Source: Octopus vulgaris (lineage: Eukaryota). From it: a stretch of DNA of 64,000 nucleotides. Below, piece by piece: positions 39,051-52,350 of this stretch; the stretch's first letter is position 1; each line of letters begins with the position of its first letter. Both the position numbers and the translations under genes were made by a program. Location: NCBI GenBank assembly GCA_951406725.2, contig OX597823.1, forward strand, positions 52,948,001-53,012,000. Reading direction: 5' to 3'. A model generated the notes under the pieces. The model was not told the origin of the DNA. It did not search any database and saw only the letters and a list, made by a program, of their open reading frames with translations.

Positions 39051-39588
39051 TGTTATACATCCGGACTAACGTTTAGTTAGCTCAACGAGTCTAGTATAGA
39101 GATAAATACAATATGGGGGGGAAATGATTAGAAAAGAAAGAATAAAGTTTTTAATTGTCCCTCTATCACTTTCCCATAGGTTAACGCTTATATTCACTAG
39201 CCCATTGACCTACGGGGGAATAGTGAATTGATTGATTTAGTTTAATTGGTGGACGTGAGTTCAATCCCTGGGTCAGTCAATGTATTTATGTTTATACTCT
39301 GGCTCAAGAAGAATGAGCAAACAGCATCACATGTTGGAGAATCTATTTATTAATACGCTAATTCTGAAATACGTTACGCTACCACGGGATAAATTGAAGA
39401 GAAAAGCGAAAAGCGAGAGAGAGAACGAGGGAGAGAGAAAAAGTGAGGTAGAAGTGTTGACAAGAGGTAGGGGGAACATGATAGTTATTACATGGTTAAA
39501 AAGTTAGTTGAAGGGAGTGATATAGAGAAAGAGAGTTAGAAATACAATGTTTTGCAGAAGGGTTATGTTCTGGTGGTGAGATCAAATA

Positions 39589-39634
<46 letters not shown>

Positions 39635-39854
39635 TAACGTTGCTGCCAGCTGATGCTTTAAGCTGTAAGTTGGTTAGTGGAAGTGTGAGGTGAAGAGGAG
39701 AATGGCATGGTTAAAAAGTTTGTTGAAGTTAAAGACAGAGAGAAAAAGGGAGAGAAAAATACGATTTGATCTCAGACAAAAGGCTGAGGAGCGATAAATA
39801 AAGAAATATAAAAAGTTTAGATGAAAGGAATTTTTAGCATCATATAGTGAGCTC

Positions 39855-40460
39855 AAATTTTGGCACTAAGCCAGCAAATTCAGAGGAGGGATTAAGTCGA
39901 TTGTATCGACCCCAGTATTCAACTGGTACTTATTCCATCAAGTCCTAAAGGATGAAAGGCTAAGTCTACCTCGGTGGAATTTGAACTTAGAACGTAAAGT
40001 CAGAGGAGATGGCGCTAAGCATTTTGCCCGGCATGCTAACGATTCTGCCAGGTCCCCTACCTGTCAAATAGTTGCCAGCAGACAGCTACAAAGAATCGAA
40101 CCGCGTGATGAACTGTTACTTATTTTGTCGACACCGAAAGGAGGAGAGACGTTGACCTGTGCATCATTTGAACTCAGAACATAAAGAGCCGTAAGAAATG
40201 TTGCTAAGCGTTTTGCGCAAACGCGCTAACGCTTCTGCCAGGTTGCTGTGTTAATAATGATTCTTTCTACAAGACGCACGAGGCCTGAAATCTTTTGGTG
40301 GAGAGAGACGTAATCGATAACTGCTAATTTTGTCGACCTCAAAAAAGATGAAAAGCAAACTCGAACTCAGCAGCATTCGAACTCGCAACATAAAGAGCCG
40401 GAAGAAATGGCGCTTAGTTTTGTGGCCAACGAGCTAACGACTCTGTCAATCCAACCCACA
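39855..40460 (-). mobile_element. Three head-to-tail old SINE B copies
   Basis: Repeated tttgaactcagaac...gctaacg(a/c)ttctgcca blocks. Confidence 0.75.
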
Positions 40461-40604
40461 CCACGTGGTATTAAAATTGAGCTTTTTAAACTACGCAGCA
40501 ATATATATATGTGTGTATGTATGCATGCATGTACGTATATATGTGTATGCGTGTGTGTGTGTGTGTGTGTGTCTGTCTGTTTGTGTGTGTGTGTGTGTCT
40601 GTGT

Positions 40605-40667
<63 letters not shown>

Positions 40668-42465
40668 TACATTCGTGCATATATCAGATGTAAAGTTTAT
40701 GTCAAAAGTTTCCCAGTGTCTTTTCCGTCTTTCTATGTCTGCCTCACTTTGTTCAGACCCAACCTTTGTTTCATTCACATTCTCATACATCGCATGTATA
40801 TATAAGCTTGTATGAAAATACAAATGTGTAATGTTTATTTGCAAATGCGTATGTTAAAAGTCTATATCGATATACATACATAAGTACACATACCTGAATA
40901 TATCCATACATATACGTATGTACGTATGTATTTTGTATTTTGTTTGCTTCTTTACCGCAGTCGTGTAAATATTTGAATGTTATAAACATGGAACTCAACT
41001 AATAAAATAATACTTCTCCTATTTTGGGACTTTAATTTGGCCTCTTTGGCCCCGTGCACATCTTTTGTTTGTTATGGAAGAAACTTACGGCAAATATTTA
41101 CGTCTCTATAACTTTTCAGGTTTGCTCTGGCAAAGTAAATATGTTACACGCGTCATTTTCTATTTTTTTTTATATATATATATTGTTTGGTTCATGTAAG
41201 TGTCTATATTTATCCATCACTATCCACTTGTAGACAAAAGTATAGACTCTAGTTATAAAAGTGTATAATTCTGTATTAAATTGTTGTTGTATTCACGTGT
41301 GGATATATTTGCTTGCAGAAATTTCAACGAGTCTTTTTTATATTTTTATTGACCTTCGACATAGAAGGATTGGTTGGTGAATGAAAATGGCAGAAATCAA
41401 AAGTCATTTTGTGTAAATTCATTGATTTGTTGTTGGCCTGACTTTCAAGCAGCTTCAGTTTTCTTTTTGATGAAAAGCAGACAATATCTCGGCTCTATCC
41501 GTGACACACAAATGTGTCCTTTTTTATGCAATAAATGAGCAAATCGAGGAGATTATGAGAAAATATATGAGAAAAAGATTTCCCGTATTGCAATTTTCTC
41601 TTTTATTTCTTTGTTATACAGATATTTCTTCCTTTCTTCCGATAAGTCAAAGAAAATAAGAAAGAGAAAAAGTGTTAAAAAGGGCAGAAAAAAAGGGAAG
41701 GAGTTAAAGTTCAACCACAAATCATTTATAAGTTCTTGTTATCAGTAAAGATTTAAGGTTTTCCATTGGACCAGATAGTCTCATTTATCATATAATTTTG
41801 TGCCCCTTGAATGTTTCTACTTATAGAATCTTCTCTGTATAAATTATTCTTCCTTTATTTGAATATTTGCCACAAGATAAGGCTATGAGTTAGGCAAAAC
41901 GAAATGCCCTCGGACTAAATTCCTTACAGTATTTATCTTAGACATCCTCTGTTCTCAGTTTGAATCTCACTAAGGTCAGTATAGGTATAAAATTATCCGT
42001 TGCGGTTTCGTTCAGTGATTTACACTACCTCTATATAAGTTAGTGTTAAGATAGTGTTAGTATATTTAATATGATATGAATTAAGTAATCTAAGTAAAAT
42101 TACTAATGCGGTGAGGAAGTGACATAAGTGACTAATATTACTTTAACCATTTAAAACATTGAAAACAGATACATCCGCTCGAAATTTTATTATCATTAAC
42201 TGCTGAAAGCGGTTTTTAACCGTCCACTTTCAAACAAATTCCCTCCTTATGCTACAAGAAGAGGAGACACACCCAGTGACACTTTTATTAAGCGGCGGCC
42301 GCGTGGTAAGAAGCTTGCCTCCGAACCACATGGTTCTGGATTTAGTCTTACTGTGTGACACATGGGTAAGTGTCCTCTACTATAGCCCCAGGCCAACCAG
42401 AGACTTGTGAGTTGATTTGGTAGACGGAAACTGAAATAAGTCCGTCATAGATATATATATATATA

Positions 42466-43620
42466 TCATCATCTTAGTCAGGTGTCGCCCTATGCGATGC
42501 TGTGGTCTTGCCACCTTCTCCTGTCCTCTACCCAATGGACAGCTGAGAATAAAGACAATCCTGTGGCTGCGATGTCTTTCAGCCAAGAAGTGGGTGGTCT
42601 GCGTCTTTTACGTCTGCCATTCACCTTGCCAGTTATGATCGTTCGCTCAAGTCCATCCCGGCGCATGACGTGGCCAGAGAACCGTAGCTTCCGCATCATG
42701 ATGTTTTGCCGAAGCGTCATCTCGCAACCGAGCTTTTCTAGTACCCAGTTGTTCGTCCTTCTCTCCGTCCAAGTCACTCTAAGGATTCTGCGGTAACACC
42801 ACATTTCAAAAGCGCTCACTCTTTTCTCGTCTGCCTTCAACATTGTCCACGACTCACAGCTGTACGTCGCAATAGAGACAGCAGCAGCCCGAAGTAGCCT
42901 TATCAGCTGTCGAAGAGCGTAGACTCGAAACGTAAAAGACTTTTTCTATTCCTGAGCGCTATACTAATACATTTGTTTGTTTGTACTCCACCTGCCTTCG
43001 TCTTTTGTTTATTTTCGTAAACTTTCCCTTTATCTTCAGCAGCATTGACACGCCACGACTCTTCCAGATGTTCTCCATATCTTGCACCGCTTGCCTCGCT
43101 GTCGCGAGCCTCCTCTGTATCTCTGGTGTACTTGATCCACTGGTGTTGATTTTGGATCCCAAGTACACAAAATCATCTACTTACCTCGGTCTGTCCTGTA
43201 CTTATGCACCACCAAGACCTTTGACTTCTTTACATTCAGGAATAGGTCACTTTGTGCACTCATGTCTTTCACTTTGCGTATCATCTGCAGCAATTCGTCC
43301 TTGCTGTTACTTATGAAGGTTGTGTCATCGGCCTATCTCAGATTGCACAGCCTTTCTCCGCCAATCTGCACACCAACATTGTAGTTCTACACCATTCTTA
43401 TGATGTTTTCTGCATAGATGTTGTACAGATATGGAGACAGAACACATCCCTGTCGGATACCTCTCTCAATGTCAAACAACTCAGTGTCACCGACGGACAT
43501 CCTGACAGATGACTGTTGATCTTGATATAGTCGCACCAACAGTGCGACTAAGTGTTCAGAAAATCCCATGTCTTCATGACGTCCCAGAGCTTGCTGTATC
43601 TCACACAGTCGAACGCACGT
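42466..43620 (-). mobile_element. RTE-clade (BovB-like) LINE, 5'-truncated and decayed
   Basis: AFDCV (RT3), GIRQGCVLSPYLYNIY (RT4), NLR*ADDT (YADD mutated to stop), YLGS..EIQRRLA (RT7), AFEMWCYRRILRVTWT..GHVMRR..GKVNGRR; short (gat)n tail at ~42466. Confidence 0.93.
42905..43029 (+). mobile_element. Short element with a hammerhead-like motif, inserted in the RTE ORF
   Basis: Splits RTE codons LKI|RLL; ttatc duplicated at 42900-42904 / 43030-43034; CTGTCGA-A-GAG-cgtaga-CTC-GAAA-CGTA at 42907-42934; homologous to 56713-56915. Confidence 0.8.
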
Positions 43621-43733
43621 AAATAATATATATATGCATATATACATGCATACATGTACATACCTACATATATATGTATATACACATGCATATATGGGTA
43701 CAGGACGTCAAACGTGAACAACATGAAAAACGA

Positions 43734-43810
43734 GACCAAGAAAATACAAAAACATGGAAAACGAACATTTTTTCGTTGTTCGAAGAAAGTTCGTTTCCAT
43801 GTTTTTGTAT
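43734..43810. repeat. Short hairpin from an inverted junction inside TA repeats
   Basis: atacaaaaacatggaaaacgaac (from 43744) mirrored by gttcgtttccatgtttttgtat (to 43810). Confidence 0.8.
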
Positions 43811-43822
43811 GCATGTATACAT

Positions 43823-43881
<59 letters not shown>

Positions 43882-43909
43882 TACATATATATACATACAT
43901 ATATACAGT

Positions 43910-44600
43910 TAGTAAGAAGTTTGCTTCCAAACCACATGGTTCCGAGTTCAGTCCTACTGCGTATCACCTTGGGAAATTGTCTTGTACTATATCCACGGGC
44001 TGACCAGAGCCTTCTGAGTAGATTTGGTAGACGGAAAATGAAAGAAGACTGTCGTGTTTGTGTGTGCATGCGTGTGTGTGTGTGTGTGTCTGTGCACGTG
44101 TGTGTGCACGTGTGCACATGTGTGTGTGTGCATATGTGTGTGTGCACGTGTGTGTGAGTTTGTGTAAGCGATTGTTCCCCACTACCACTTCAAAACCGAT
44201 GCTGGCTTACGTCCCGTTACTTAGCGATTCAGCAAAAAGAGGCCGATAAAATATGTACCGGGCTTTTAAAAAGTAAGTACTGCGGTCGATTCATTCGACT
44301 AAACGTTCTTTAAGCCGGTACCCCAGAGTGGCCGCAGTCTAACGATTGCAACAAATAAAATATGTATTTGTATATACGTGAGTGAGTCGTCTAAGGGACC
44401 ACAAGTCAGCGAGATGATGCATATATATATACACACAACGAGCTGTTTCTTTCGGTTATCGTCAACCAGCTCCACTCACAAGGTTTTGGCCGACCCGGGA
44501 CTGCACAGTTTAAGACACTTATCTAAGATGCCCTGCGGAGAGACTGAACCCAAGATCACAAGTTCGGGAAGTAAGATTTCTACCACACAGCCACGCCTGC
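43910..44600. mobile_element. SINE A (+, 43910-44360) and an inverted partial SINE A (-, 44440-44600)
   Basis: Family A blocks on opposite strands. Confidence 0.78.
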
Positions 44601-45144
44601 TTCGTTAAAAAGAAGGAAAAAAATCATAAATTGGCCAACATTGAAAGAAGTCATGGTATGTGTTCGGTGCGGCAAGTACTTATTGCTGCTCTCGTTAACA
44701 CATTCAACAATATTTTCTTAATTAACAAAAGAAAGCAATAACATAGAAAACAAAAGAAACCAATTATAATTTCTTAATGATTATTGATTAAGGAGAAACA
44801 CATGAGTGGAATTATTGGAATTGGGAGGCCATGTTCCACTCAAGTATTGCATTCCTCAGCACAAGAAGGAATAAGATACAACTGGGATAATTAGTCATAC
44901 AGGTGAAGTTCTGAAGCTATATTCCACTAATTCTGGTTTGAGATTAAATGTTAAGAGAATAAAATATTGAAAGTATTCATCGTCTTCCAGTTTATGTGTG
45001 TGTGAGTTTGCGCCTATGTTTGTGTGCCTGCTTATTTGTCTGTGATTGTGTATAATGACACACAGACAAACATGCAGAATGAGAAATAAGTTGCCAATGA
45101 TTACATTACTTTTAAGTTTAAGAAAATAATTTCGTTATGACATA

Positions 45145-45570
45145 TTGATTTCAAAATTTTGCACACAAAATCTGTAATTTCTGGGGAGGGGTTAAGTTGA
45201 TTACATCGACCCCAGTACTCAACTGGCACTTATTTCATCGATCCCGAGAGGATGAAAGACAAAATCGACCTCGGCGCAATGTGAACTCAGAAACGTGGCA
45301 ACGATTCCACTAGCTCACCGCCCTAATTTCAATGACATATTAAAACGGCTGATTCGAAGAATCGCTAGAGTATTGGACACAATATCTTGAGATATTTAGT
45401 TACGTCTCTTTAAGTTCTGAGTTCAAACGCTATGGAAATCAACATTGCATTTCCTCCTTTCGAGATGCTTGAATATATAGTACTAGTCAAAAATTGGTGT
45501 TGCTCTTATCAGCTGTAGCAACGTCCTGACAAAAGTGGATGGCCTTGTATGTATCTTAGAAGTCAGTATA
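45145..45570. mobile_element. Divergent pair of old SINE B copies
   Basis: Minus copy 45145-45325; plus copy ~45340-45570. Confidence 0.65.
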
Positions 45571-46143
45571 ATCCACATGTGGCGAACGCCAAAGAAATGC
45601 AACAAGAAAGAGTTTACCTCATAATGCACGTGGACATACTACCAAAGCAACCAGGAGACAGATTGGTTGCATTGCCAGAGAGTCAGTGTATATTTTGGTT
45701 CTTCGAATTTTGAGTTACATTTTGAGTGTTTTTACTGTTCACTGTTGCAGAAATTTAGACTAGATCTTCATTTTGAGTATAACTTCTTCCCAACAATTTG
45801 TTAGGTTCTGAATAAAAATTGAGGTATACAAGCGATATCCTCTCTTTACGAAACAGTAAAAAGTAATTGGACAATTGTTTGTTTAATTTCTTAAAGATAT
45901 AATACATCGGAATCTTAAGAATATAACAGATGATTGATTTTTAGTGATTACAAAATTTATAGTCAACAGGACTTGATTGGTAGAAGACATCCTTGTACAA
46001 CAGCGATTTTAGAACCTAACAATCATTCGGTGTCTTTTATTTGATTATGTTAGGTTTTTTTAAAATACTAAACTACTAACGCTCTATGAAGAAAAAGGAG
46101 AAAGGAAATGAAAAGCACACATTCCATGAATGTCATCCAGGTT

Positions 46144-46290
46144 GAGGTCGACTTTGCCTTTCATCCTTTCGGGGTCGATAAATTAAGTACCAGTTACGCA
46201 CTGGGGTCGATGTAATCGACTTAATCCGTTTGTCTATCCTCGTTTGTACCCTCTGTGTTTAGCCCCTTGTGGGTAATAAAGAAATATATT
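46144..46290 (+). mobile_element. 5'-truncated young SINE B
   Basis: gaggtcgactttgcctttcatcctttcggggtcg...ccccttgtgggtaataaagaaata. Confidence 0.9.
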
Positions 46291-48008
46291 TTTTTTCAAT
46301 CTATAAAATATTTTGATATTTAATCTAATGCCAATGATTCCTAATAAGAACGAAGTAGTACTGTATATGATTACCTGTGACAAGGAATTTTTATGATCTA
46401 CATAATGGGAATCCAAAAATAAATGTGAATATGTATATTCTATGAAAATCTTCTTTCTTGTTCCTCAATTTCAAATTCAAATTACTAAACCCTCCAAATA
46501 TTATGTAGAAATGATTATTTTCCTTACCCTAACAGGTTATCAGGGAACACTACGAGTTTATTGAATATTATTTGCCTTGTTGGAAATAAATGAGAAATCA
46601 GCATTTAAATTATAAACTTGAACCAGTCACGAAATTCGTTTTCGCACAAGAGACATAACAGCTCTATGCATAATTGAATTTTACCAAGATTTTTTGAAGG
46701 AAAAATCAGCACATGACTTGCATTATGCAATAAGGACAATGCAGTATCTTCAAGCGCATTGTGAAATATTACATAGAAATAAATGCAACTTAAAAGCTTT
46801 ATTCATGATCTTTTAATCCTATGAAATCATTATTCCTACTGTTAACATAATCATTTTCGTCAGCATCAAGACTATTATTCCTTTTAAACCATAAATCATT
46901 CCTAACACATAAATTGCTCTCAAGGGTATTAATTATGCCACGTTTTTTTTAAACTACTCTACAACTAAATGTTATTTAATTGCTTAGCGTGGCATTTTAA
47001 ACCATTCACACACATATAAAATGGCAGTTTCCTTCCTTTCTCCTAAAGCCGTCTTTTCAAATTCTGTAACCTGCTCCTTCATGAAACGTTTACAGGACAT
47101 ATTAATAGAGACGTTGGAAGGTTGTATTTGATTAGTTAGTTTTTATGAGTAAAACAAAAGTTGCTCAACTTCCAGGGAGCTCAGAGATCAATAAAACAGC
47201 TCCTTTTACAGCTCGTCCATGGATCTGCGGTATTGTCGCATCTTTTATCGATTCAAGCCCTTTGAATTAATTTCAATATAAATTTAGCAAGTAATCTTCT
47301 ATAAATAAAAAAGAGGTGAAAGTATTGTTCCTGGTCACAAGTTTCATTTATAATTAATTTTGTGTCTATAGGATGTTAGTTTATTGTTTAATTAAGGATA
47401 TATTAAATGATATATTGATTACGTCATATATCCTTTCCGCTTGAGAATGTTCATAATAATATTGTTTCACTCGTTTACTTTCAATCATTTAAAACATTAA
47501 TAAATCTGATAATTGTGAGCTTCAGTTTCACTGTATGGACTGCGTTGAGTTTCTAGTAAAGACATCTAAGACTGTCGATGAATAAATAGATATAACATTC
47601 ATGCCTTAACTCAAGATATTTTTGTAGTGTCAGTGGTTTTTAATGTTGGCGCAAAGTTACAAATTTTGGGCGTGGATATAGTTGATTAAATCGATAACAG
47701 CTTAAAAGATGCTTTATTATGAAGGTTAAAAGGTAAAGTTCAACTGAATGCGACTTGAACTCAGAATTATAGGACCGTGTCTAAATACCGCAAGGCATTT
47801 CATTCGATGCTCTACAGATTCTGTGAACCCATTGACCTTTGGTTTGGCTTCTCATATTTATAATTCAAAATAGTTTTTATACTCCATTTCCCGAAATATG
47901 ACCGCTTTTCCCAGTGTCCACCACAATAAAAATATAGGAATCTACTAGTCATTTTAATACTATTAATTAAGTGAAGAAAAGCAATTATACAGATATATAA
48001 CTGTGCAA

Positions 48009-48218
48009 CCCCCTATTTTTTGGCATACAAGTCGAATTTTTCTGACCACAATTTACAACCAAAATTAGTGTGTCGACTCACACACCAAGACGTCTCTGGA
48101 GACCAAATATTCTGCGTGAAATGCAGCAAAATTTGAAAAGATAGTAACGATATATGAGTGTTTACACTACATGCTTACACAATTTATTACGTCGACTTTT
48201 GTGCTGGAAAATACAGTA
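48009..48218. mobile_element. pogo/Tigger-like MITE
   Basis: Left ctattttttggcatacaagtcga and right tcgacttttgtgctggaaaatacagta form degenerate TIRs of the tac(c/t)gtattt..gtcga type. Confidence 0.5.
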
Positions 48219-50299
48219 GTTTTGAACGGTGTGAAAAGAGGAAAAAATTATCTAAAGGAGAAATATGAGTAGGTGGAAACCAGGAAGAGGAGAAAATTCG
48301 AAATATTTTGGTTAATGTTTGAGATGGGAATTTTAATACAATAAAATTGGTTTGACCTCAAGCTGGTCTGTTCGAGAAAGCAGCAGTAGTAGATAGGTGA
48401 GATGATTAGTCAAGGATAACAGCTACTTTGAGACGTGTGTTCAAAGCTGCTCCTTCAGGTGCAGTAATAAGAAAAGTAAAGATTTTACTGTGATCTTTTA
48501 TCACTTTCTATAACATTTTAAATGCATTAATTAAGACCTAAATTATAACCTCAAGCATTTTAATTATTTGGAAATGAGTTAATGAATCAGTTGTGGATAT
48601 TAAATCTGCAATAAGTACACTTCAATGCAAGTTTGATTTTGACAACTGTCATATGCAACAAATCTTGAAGTTGTAGTGAATGCTATTCTAATCTCATTCT
48701 TGATTGATTACATTCTTCCAAGAAGATTTCATCCTCCCAGATACTTTGTTAGTAATTGAGAAATTGCATTCTCTTGATAAATTTATATGAATGTCTTTTA
48801 ATCTGGATTTTAGCTTTTAAATAACAACTTTGAACTACAAATGTTGTAAGAGACACAGCTAATGGCACATTGTCTGTGTCAATTCGTCTGTGACTGTGTC
48901 GGTGGCTCTTTGTCGTGTCCATGACCAAACACTTAATTTCTGCAGAACTAACTAGCTTTATCTAACTGCAAAATAGAAGACTGAAGACTGTGCATATAAA
49001 TCGTAAGAGCGTCGGACAAGATGTTTTTATCTTTGCCAACAGTTTGCCTTCTGGGTTCAAATTCTACTAAGATCAGCTTTGCCTTTCATTTTCCAAGTCG
49101 AATAAATAAAGCATCGGTTACATAATAAAGTTGATTTAATAGATACATTTCAACCCACAGACTGGTGAACTTTTGCCTGTATTAGAAATGGCAGTTTAAG
49201 GAGTGTTCCCTTAACTTACTGTGTTGCACTCAAAATTTTCTATAAAGATAACTTCTTTAGAAAAGAAAATGTTAAAAACACGAAAAAGAAAAAAGAATAG
49301 AGAGCTGAAGTGAAGGAAAAGAGAGGCGAAAGAAAAAGAATGAAGAAATGAAGGGAAGATGCATACAAAATTAATTGAGAAGGAAAAAGACAAAGAGAAA
49401 GATCTGAATAAAAAGGAACGGAAAGGTGAAGAAGAAATATAAAAAAAAGATGAGACAGCCAAAAAGAAAGAAAGAAACAAACAAACAAACAAACAAACAA
49501 AAAAGAAAGAAAGAAGATAAATAACCGCGAAAAATTTGGAGACGAAGGAGGAGGAGGAGGAGGAGGAGGGTGGAGGAGGTTAGATATTCTTCGAGAACTA
49601 AAAGCGAAAAATATTATGCAATAGAGAAAAGATTGTAATTCCCAGATATATTCTTTTTCAGTGTTCTTATGGCTCTATTGTTTTGAAAATTGCAGTAAAG
49701 ATGTCAGAGGTGCTTCCAATGCCCCCTTACTGATATAGTAGTAAGCGTCAGTTTAAGTTTAAGAAAGTGAGCGGAAGGTAAACAAAGATATCCAGTTGAA
49801 ATTGCTAGGGTTTCTATGATCTCTACTGTTGCTAATGTTTATTTTACACTTTGAATATTTGAGCAAACAACATTATTTACTGGTGCTCTTTTCCCCCTGA
49901 CGTTTCTCTGCGGTTTCGCTATTTGTCTTTATGCTCAATATCAAAAAGGGTATTTCCGCAGTTGAGATAAGTTAGCCATTTATTCGTGATTTCCACTCAT
50001 CTACCCAACCCCATTTTTTTTATTGTTTTTGCTTTTATCTTTTAGAAACCCTCCATGCTATCACTGGAAATATCGGAATTAGCTAATAATATCTGCAGTA
50101 CTTAATCACTGTATCATCTCTTGTGTCATTTGTCTGTTCCAAACAAAGGAAAATCTTACGAAGACACTCGTAAAATAAATAACATTTTGACAGATGCAGT
50201 CTTCTTGAAAACGATTCTTCAAACAGCAAATAGATAGTACGTAGGTCATTACACTCACGGACACTGATAAACACACACATGGACACACATGCACACATC

Positions 50300-50687
50300 G
50301 TGGCACTCCGTCGGTTACGACGACGAGGGTTCCCGTTGATCCGATCAACGGAACAGCCAGCTCGTGAAATTAACGTGCAAGTGACTGAGCACTCCACAGA
50401 CACGTGTACCTTTAAGGTAGTTCTCAGGGAGATTCAGCGTGACACAGAGTGTGACAAGGCTGGCCCTTTGAAACACAGGTACAACAGAAACAGGAAGAAA
50501 GAGTGAGAGAAAATTGTGGTGGTGAAATAATACAACAGGGTTCACCCCCACCTCCTGCTGGAACCGGGTGGAACTTTTTAGGTGGTTTTGTTCAATAAAC
50601 ACTCGCAACGCCCGGTCTGGGAATTGAAACCGCGATCATACGACCGCACGTCCACTACCTTAACCACTGGGCCATTGTGCCTCCACA
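50300..50687 (-). mobile_element. SINE family C
   Basis: Reverse complement of the 25557-25936 family. Confidence 0.9.
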
Positions 50688-51264
50688 CATACATGCTAAC
50701 ACTCATACACATAAAATAACGATTGTATTTAAGTGTCATGATTTTACGAATGTGTGTGCGTGTGTAACCTGCATGATTTATATTTCATAAAAGAATTAAC
50801 TTAATTTTAGATACAGAATCTTATAACACACTATCATTCTTTATTTTCTTAATTCAAATTTTCTTATAATTATTTAAATTCATTGATCTGATGGCTTCGC
50901 ACATTTAAATATTCCCAAAATTTAATACAGAATAATCACCCTAGCTCAAAACTGAATGAGCATTCCAGCACGAAAACTTGTCTTTGTGCTCGTCCTTCTC
51001 ATTAAGGCTTGACAACCACTCGAAAGGAATCTGATAGAATAAGTACCAGACTTTAAAAATCATCAGTATTGGGGTCGATTTGCTCGACTAAACCCTTGAA
51101 GATGGTACCCTAATATGGCCGCAGTTCAATGAACGAAACAAGTAAAAGATAAAACTCAAACGTTGGGGCATGTTGTTATGTAACCCAAGTTCTACCCAGA
51201 TCAAGCAATTAGGAGGTTGTTCCAAGGACTTAATGAAAATCACCAGATCTCTTCCTCCAAATAT

Positions 51265-51644
51265 GTGGAAGCACTCCGTCGGTTACGACGACGAGGGTTC
51301 CGGTTGATCCGAATCAACGGAACAGCCTGCTCATGAAATTAACGTGTAAGTGGCTGAGACACGTGTACCTTTAACGTAGTTCTCGGGGATATTCAGCGTG
51401 ACACAGAGAGTGACAAGGCCCGGCCCTTTGAAATACAGGTACAACAGAAACAGGAAGTAAGAGTGAGAGAAAGTTGTGGTGAAAGAGTACAGCAGGGATC
51501 ACCACCATCCCCTGCCGGAGCCTCGTGGAGCTTTTTAGGTGTTTTCGCTCAATAAACACTCACAACGGCCGGTCTGGGAATCGAAACCGCGATCCTATGA
51601 CCGCGAGTCGTCCGCTGCCCTAACCACTTAGCCATTGCGCCTCC
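51265..51644 (-). mobile_element. SINE family C
   Basis: 11-bp TSD cctccaaatat (51254-51264 / 51645-51655). Confidence 0.92.
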
Positions 51645-51699
51645 CCTCCAAATATAATAGAGGGATGAGGTTATGTGTGGCCTTGAAGCATCTTTTAGT

Positions 51700-52005
51700 G
51701 AAAGCGTGTGGCTTAGTGTATTCGGCTTAGGATCGTAAGGTCGTGAGTTAGATTCCCGGTGACGCGTTGTGTTCTTCAAGAAGACACCGTATTTCACGTT
51801 GCCCCAGTTCACTTAACTGGCAAAACTGAGCAGTACATGTATTTCTGCGTCGCATCCCGTGTCCCGCTGAATCTCCCTGAGAACTACTTTAAAGGTATGC
51901 GTGTCTGTGAAGTGCTCAGCCACTCTTACACGTTAATTACACGAGCAGGTTGTTCCGCTGACCGGATCAATTGGAACGCTCCTCGTCGTAACCGACGAAA
52001 TGCTA
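51700..52005 (+). mobile_element. SINE family D (tail 1)
   Basis: gaaagcgtgtggcttagtg head; ctcgtcgtaaccgacg tail. Confidence 0.8.
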
Positions 52006-52089
52006 GTAAGAATCTTTTTGAAAACATTTGAAAAGCAAGAGAAATAAATTAGCTCCAACCAGACATCAGCACTCCCCTGAAAGTGTTAC

Positions 52090-52350
52090 GGAGGTGCGTG
52101 GCTAAGTGATTAGGGTGTTGGGCTCATGATTGTAAGATTGTGGTTTCGATCCCTAGACCGTGTGACGCGTCGTGTTCTTGAGCAAAACGCTTCCTTTCAC
52201 ATTACTCCAGTCCACTCAGCAAGCAAAATTGAGTAATCTTGCAATGGACTGGCATCCCGTCCAGGGAGGAACATATACGCCATGGAATCAGGGAAAACCG
52301 GCCCTTATGAGTCGGCATGACACGAGAAAGTAACCTTTACTTTATCTTTA
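52090..52350 (+). mobile_element. SINE with D-type head and tail 2
   Basis: ggaggtgcgtggctaagtgattaggg, ttcttgagcaaaac, ctccagtccactcagc, then ggaaaaccggcccttatgagtcggcatg as in family E. Confidence 0.8.
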
